A stretch of DNA of 10,398 nucleotides from Promethearchaeota archaeon (lineage in GTDB: Archaea; Asgardarchaeota; Lokiarchaeia; Sigyniarchaeales; SOKP01). Positions 6,855 to 10,398 of this stretch are shown piece by piece. The notes below the pieces were generated by a model. The model was given only the letters and a program-made list of their open reading frames with translations, did no database searches and was not told where the DNA came from. The stretch's first letter is position 1, and every line of letters begins with the position of its first letter. The stretch covers positions 1 through 10,398 of the forward strand of contig JAHLWH010000102.1 of the NCBI GenBank assembly GCA_019058015.1, written 5' to 3'. Made by a program: the position numbers and the translations under genes.

Positions 6855-7436
6855 TTATTTTTTGCCAAATAAATCGCTTGGCTTCATTAAATGTGGTTCT
6901 TCTTCTTCTTTCTTCTTTTTCTTTTTCTTTTTCATACTATCTGGGACATACCCATAAATTTCACCCTCTTCTGCTTGTCCTGTCCCAGGAGGAGGTTTTA
7001 ATTCTAGACCACTCTGTGAATAACTCATTCCAGCTGAAATCGGTTCTGCAACTGGTTGGGAAAAATCTATTGATACTTTTGGACCTTCTGTTGTAATCGC
7101 TTTTAATTCTCTCATAACATTCTCTAGATTCATTGATTGAACACTTTTATTCATAGTGTCCATTATTTCTTTTAATCTATGTGAGGTTTCACGTAATCCT
7201 TTTGGATTAATACCTGTTAATAAAGCATCCAAACTTGTTTCAATAGTTTTATTTAAATCCAATAAAGAGTTTTGAACTTTTTTCCAATGTTCATTCATTT
7301 GATTTGCAATTGCCTTTATCATTTTAACCGTTTCATTCATGAAAGCAACATGACTTTCATATCGCTCAGAATCTTTTGCTCTAAGATCAGAAATAATCAT
7401 TATGAGTTTTCTTAGTTGTTCTTTATTTTCACTCAT
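6855..7436 (-). CDS. Hypothetical alpha-helical/coiled-coil protein with disordered, poly-Lys/poly-Glu C-terminal tail
   Basis: 193-aa ATG-started ORF. The first ~115 aa look amphipathic-helical, followed by a Pro/Gly/Ser-rich linker and K8-E4-PHLMKPSDLFGKK. It converges on the activase gene with a 15-nt gap and has a TATA-like box upstream. Confidence 0.8.
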   Translation of the reverse strand: MSENKEQLRKLIMIISDLRAKDSERYESHVAFMNETVKMIKAIANQMNEHWKKVQNSLLDLNKTIETSLDALLTGINPKGLRETSHRLKEIMDTMNKSVQSMNLENVMRELKAITTEGPKVSIDFSQPVAEPISAGMSYSQSGLELKPPPGTGQAEEGEIYGYVPDSMKKKKKKKKEEEEPHLMKPSDLFGKK

Positions 7437-7464
7437 GATATAATAATTAAGTTTCTAATTTTTA

Positions 7465-7472
7465 TATTTATA
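7465..7472 (-). promoter_or_regulatory. Candidate archaeal TATA box for the 6855..7436 gene
   Basis: The minus strand reads TATAAATA about 30-35 nt upstream of the ATG at 7436, a spacing that fits a leaderless or short-leader transcript. The AT-rich context weakens the call. Confidence 0.4.
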
Positions 7473-7503
7473 GCTAATTATTCATGTTTTCTCATAATTA
7501 GCT
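7472..7503. repeat. Perfect 10-bp inverted repeat with 12-bp spacer (candidate operator)
   Basis: AGCTAATTAT (7472-7481) and ATAATTAGCT (7494-7503) lie in the divergent intergenic region. Confidence 0.55.
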
Positions 7504-7693
7504 TTGATATTTATGTTTTTACTATGTGTCAGTATCTAAATTCTTCCAAATTTAAGATTTCTATTTCATTGTTTTTGTTAATGTGATCTGGCATTTTTGC
7601 AATAAGATAAGATTTTATTTAGCAAAAGCTTAATAAAAATCATAAAAAATCAATTCACTTTACTAATTATGTCTAAAAATAATTGAGAAAATT

Positions 7694-9166
7694 ATGACTC
7701 TTGAAAAATTTGATTTAATTTATAAAGATAATAGGTGTAAGATAAAAGATAAAGAAAAAGTTCTTTTAAAATTAAAAGAAATTTTAGGAGATGAAAATGT
7801 TTCAACTAAAGATATCGATAAAATCGCTTACTCTAAAGATACTACACTGATTTCATTAAATTGGTCACTTCAAGGAAAATTAACGGCATTACCCGATTTT
7901 ATTACGTGGCCCGAAAATAATAATCAAATAGTTCAAATCCTAAAGTTGGCAAATAAGGAAAAAATTCCCGTAACTCCTTTTGCAGAAGGTTCTGGAGTTG
8001 TAGGAGGAGCAATACCAGTATATGGCGGCATTATAATTGATATGAAAAGGTTTAACAAAGTGCTTAAGATTAATGATAAGGATTTAACTGTTACCGTTCA
8101 AGCTGGCATGAATGGGATGAACCTGGAGAGATATTTAAATTCTAAAGGTTATACATGTGGGCATATACCTCAATCAATTTATACTTCTTCTATTGGAGGA
8201 TGGATTGCTCATAGAGCAGCAGGTCAATTTTCTACAAAATATGGAAAAATAGAAGACATGGTTTTAGGTTTGGAAGTAATATTGCCACAAGGTAAAATTA
8301 TTGAATTAAAAACAATTGCAAGGGCTGCAACGGGTCCACAACTCGAAAAATTATTTATTGGTGCAGAAGGTACATTAGGGATAGTAACAAAAGCTACCTT
8401 GAAAATATGGCTTTACCCAGAAAAAAGGGCGTTAATCTCATATGCTTTTCCAAAAATAGAAGATTCTTTAGAAGCAGTCCGAAAAATTTTAAGAGAACAA
8501 ATCTATCCAGCTGTTATTCGTATTTATGATAATTCCGAAACAAATAGACATTTTCCCGACATAAAGAAAGTAAAAGATAAAGTAATGGTGGTATTTGTAT
8601 GTGAAGGCAATAAAAGACTCGTTGATTTGGAAGAAAAAATTACTAGGGAGAACTGCGAAAATAATAATGGCGTAGATTGTGGAGTAGAACCTGTTGAACA
8701 TTGGTTTGAAAGTCGGTTCAATGTAAAAGAAACATCAATGTTTCCACCTTATAAACTTGTTGCGGACACAATTGAAGTTTCTGTGATGTGGGATCACGCT
8801 ATTGATTTATATTACTCAGTTATTGAATCGATGAAAAAAGTCAGAGGTGTACTTCTAACAACAGCCCATGCATCTCATTTTTATCCTAATGGAGTTGGGT
8901 TTTATTTTACGTTTGGTGGTGCTCCAGTTGAAGGAAAATCAGATTTTGAGTTTTATAAAGCATGTTGGGATGCAGCAATGCAGGGTTGTATAAAAGTTGG
9001 CGGTTCAATTTCGCATCATCATGGAATTGGTATTAATAGGGCACATTGGATGGAAAAAGAATGGGGTGAAGCTTTATATACATTAAAAGAAATAAAGAAA
9101 ACACTTGATCCTAATAATATTTTAAATCCGGGTAAAACATATACTTCCCCGGGAAAGGAGGTTTAA
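7694..9166 (+). CDS. FAD-binding oxidoreductase, VAO/PCMH fold, alkyl-dihydroxyacetonephosphate synthase-like (AGPS/YgcU) subgroup
   Basis: PFAEGSGVVGG, GHIPQS...SSIGGWIAHRAAGQFSTKYGKIEDMVLGL, ATGP...LFIGAEGTLGIVTKATLK, DTIEVS..W, HASHFY..G..FYFTF, GGSISHHHGIG and LDPNNILNPGK. Confidence 0.9.
   Translation: MTLEKFDLIYKDNRCKIKDKEKVLLKLKEILGDENVSTKDIDKIAYSKDTTLISLNWSLQGKLTALPDFITWPENNNQIVQILKLANKEKIPVTPFAEGSGVVGGAIPVYGGIIIDMKRFNKVLKINDKDLTVTVQAGMNGMNLERYLNSKGYTCGHIPQSIYTSSIGGWIAHRAAGQFSTKYGKIEDMVLGLEVILPQGKIIELKTIARAATGPQLEKLFIGAEGTLGIVTKATLKIWLYPEKRALISYAFPKIEDSLEAVRKILREQIYPAVIRIYDNSETNRHFPDIKKVKDKVMVVFVCEGNKRLVDLEEKITRENCENNNGVDCGVEPVEHWFESRFNVKETSMFPPYKLVADTIEVSVMWDHAIDLYYSVIESMKKVRGVLLTTAHASHFYPNGVGFYFTFGGAPVEGKSDFEFYKACWDAAMQGCIKVGGSISHHHGIGINRAHWMEKEWGEALYTLKEIKKTLDPNNILNPGKTYTSPGKEV
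9157..9161 (+). promoter_or_regulatory. Shine-Dalgarno site (GGAGG) for the Fe-S protein gene, embedded in the end of the upstream CDS
   Basis: GGAGG-TTTAAAATA-ATG(9171); only 4 nt separate the upstream stop from the ATG. Confidence 0.7.
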
Positions 9167-9170
9167 AATA

Positions 9171-10398
9171 ATGGGTGTATTTGAGACTCTTAAAAAATAC
9201 AAATGGATGATACCAATTATCACAAGCGCTGAACGTGATGTTAAAAGAACTGTGTTAAAAAATTTTAGGCTAAAAAAGAAAAATTTTTATCCTGAAGGCG
9301 AATACAAGGCTGATGTAAAAAATTTAATCAATTGTATGTTATGCCCAAATATGTGTAGATTTGATTGCAATTCACTCCAAGGAGCATTGAGTGAAAAGAT
9401 GGCTCCAGCAAATAAAGCGCGTATAGGTTATTATCTCTCAGTCGGTAAGATTGACCCTTCTACTGAAGAAAATAAAGACTTTATTAATTTAATGTATGAA
9501 TGCTGTAATTGCGAAAACTGTAAAATTTGGTGCCCATTCGATTTTTCAGTAGTTTCATTGCTTGAAACGGTTCGAGATGATATTAATGATAAAGGTTTGA
9601 CTCCAAATTATATAAAAGAACAAATAGAAAAATTAAATAAAACTCATACTATAGAAGACACAAATATATTCAAGACTTATGAGGAGAAGGGCATTGTAAA
9701 TATCGAATCTGATGGAAATGAAGATGTTTTTTATTATATTGGATGCGAAACGATGAAATTTCCAGAAGTTGTTAAAGCTAATCTTGAAATATTGAAGAAG
9801 GCTGGTATTAAATTCTCAACTAACTTAGATAAAAGATGGTGTTGTGGTGCCCCATTATTTAATACTCGACATTTGGATTTAGCGAAAGAATATGCCAAGC
9901 AAAATATTGATTTAATCACGAGTTCTGGTGCTAAATTAGTTGTTACTGATTGTCCAGGTTGTTCTGATACTTTACTTAATCGATATGAAAAGATTGGTAT
10001 TAAATTAAAAGTAAAAGTGATTCATATCTTACAATTATTTAAACAATTAATTGAGGAAAATAAACTTATTTTTAAGAACCAAATTCCCGAAGAATTCAAA
10101 AACGTTGTCTATCACGATCCATGCTTGATGTCAAGAAATTTAAATGTTATTTCCGAACCAAGAGAAGTTTTGAAAAAAATTCCGGGATTAAACCTATTTG
10201 AGCCAATTTGTAATGAAAAATATACACATTGCTGTGGGTATAGTGGTACGCTCCATTGGGCAAATAATGATTTAGCGGAAAAAATCTCGCAAAATAGAGT
10301 CAATGAATTAATTGAAACAGGTGCAAATATAATCGTTACGGCTTGCCCACTTTGTGAATTAGGATTAGAAAAAGGAATTGACGAGAATAATAAAAAGA
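9171..10398 (+). CDS. Fe-S oxidoreductase subunit with ferredoxin-like motifs and two CCG domains (GlpC/GlcF/HdrD-like); 3' end beyond the window
   Basis: Manual translation from ATG 9171 (MGVFETLKKYKW..) shows no stop before the window end. It contains CMLCPNMCRFDC, CCNCENCKIWCP, YYIGC..WCCGAP..TDCPGC and YHDPC..HCCG..TACPLC. The ORF track omits it, probably because it has no stop in the window. Confidence 0.92.
   Translation, partial: MGVFETLKKYKWMIPIITSAERDVKRTVLKNFRLKKKNFYPEGEYKADVKNLINCMLCPNMCRFDCNSLQGALSEKMAPANKARIGYYLSVGKIDPSTEENKDFINLMYECCNCENCKIWCPFDFSVVSLLETVRDDINDKGLTPNYIKEQIEKLNKTHTIEDTNIFKTYEEKGIVNIESDGNEDVFYYIGCETMKFPEVVKANLEILKKAGIKFSTNLDKRWCCGAPLFNTRHLDLAKEYAKQNIDLITSSGAKLVVTDCPGCSDTLLNRYEKIGIKLKVKVIHILQLFKQLIEENKLIFKNQIPEEFKNVVYHDPCLMSRNLNVISEPREVLKKIPGLNLFEPICNEKYTHCCGYSGTLHWANNDLAEKISQNRVNELIETGANIIVTACPLCELGLEKGIDENNKK

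Noticed and set aside
6899-6932. TTC/TTT-rich simple repeat
   Set aside because: Fully explained by the poly-Lys/poly-Glu codons of the minus-strand gene.
6099-7096. ORFs 6099..6296(-), 6407..6772(-) and 6878..7096(+)
   Set aside because: Antisense shadows of the activase and of the 193-aa gene.
8489-10303. Minus-strand ORFs 8489..8701, 8524..8721, 9734..9919 and 10112..10303
   Set aside because: Antisense shadows of the FAD oxidoreductase and the Fe-S protein.
1-10398. CRISPR array, tRNA/rRNA, transposase or integrase
   Set aside because: No regularly spaced repeats, no GC-rich structured RNA-like segment and no recombinase motifs were seen by eye.

Overview
AT-rich prokaryotic window with archaeal-style features (TATA-like boxes, GAGG/GGAGG ribosome-binding sites). 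The gene content looks like an Asgard (Lokiarchaeia-like) archaeon, but that is inference only. From left to right: (1) a minus-strand operon of three paralogous ~305-aa proteins, each with two TM helices and a left-handed beta-helix (LbH) acyltransferase-like domain; the middle gene is about 90 codons longer than the ORF track shows and has no ATG/GTG/TTG start; (2) a 22-codon probable remnant of a glycerophosphodiester phosphodiesterase (GDPD) gene; (3) a DedA/VTT (TVP38/TMEM64) membrane protein; (4) a VIT1/CCC1 transporter; (5) a ~730-bp patch of broken minus-strand reading frames; (6) a stand-alone 2-hydroxyacyl-CoA dehydratase activase-type ATPase; (7) a helical hypothetical protein with a poly-Lys tail; (8) an alkyl-DHAP-synthase-like FAD oxidoreductase, followed by a ferredoxin/CCG-domain Fe-S protein that the ORF track misses and that runs off the window end. 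The best candidate for an undescribed system is the three-gene operon. It resembles a split version of the three tandem membrane modules (C1-C3) of epsilon-poly-L-lysine synthetase (Pls)-type enzymes, and only one subunit keeps a candidate catalytic His. No rRNA, tRNA, CRISPR array or transposase was recognised. All family calls come from reading motifs by eye; no searches were run.
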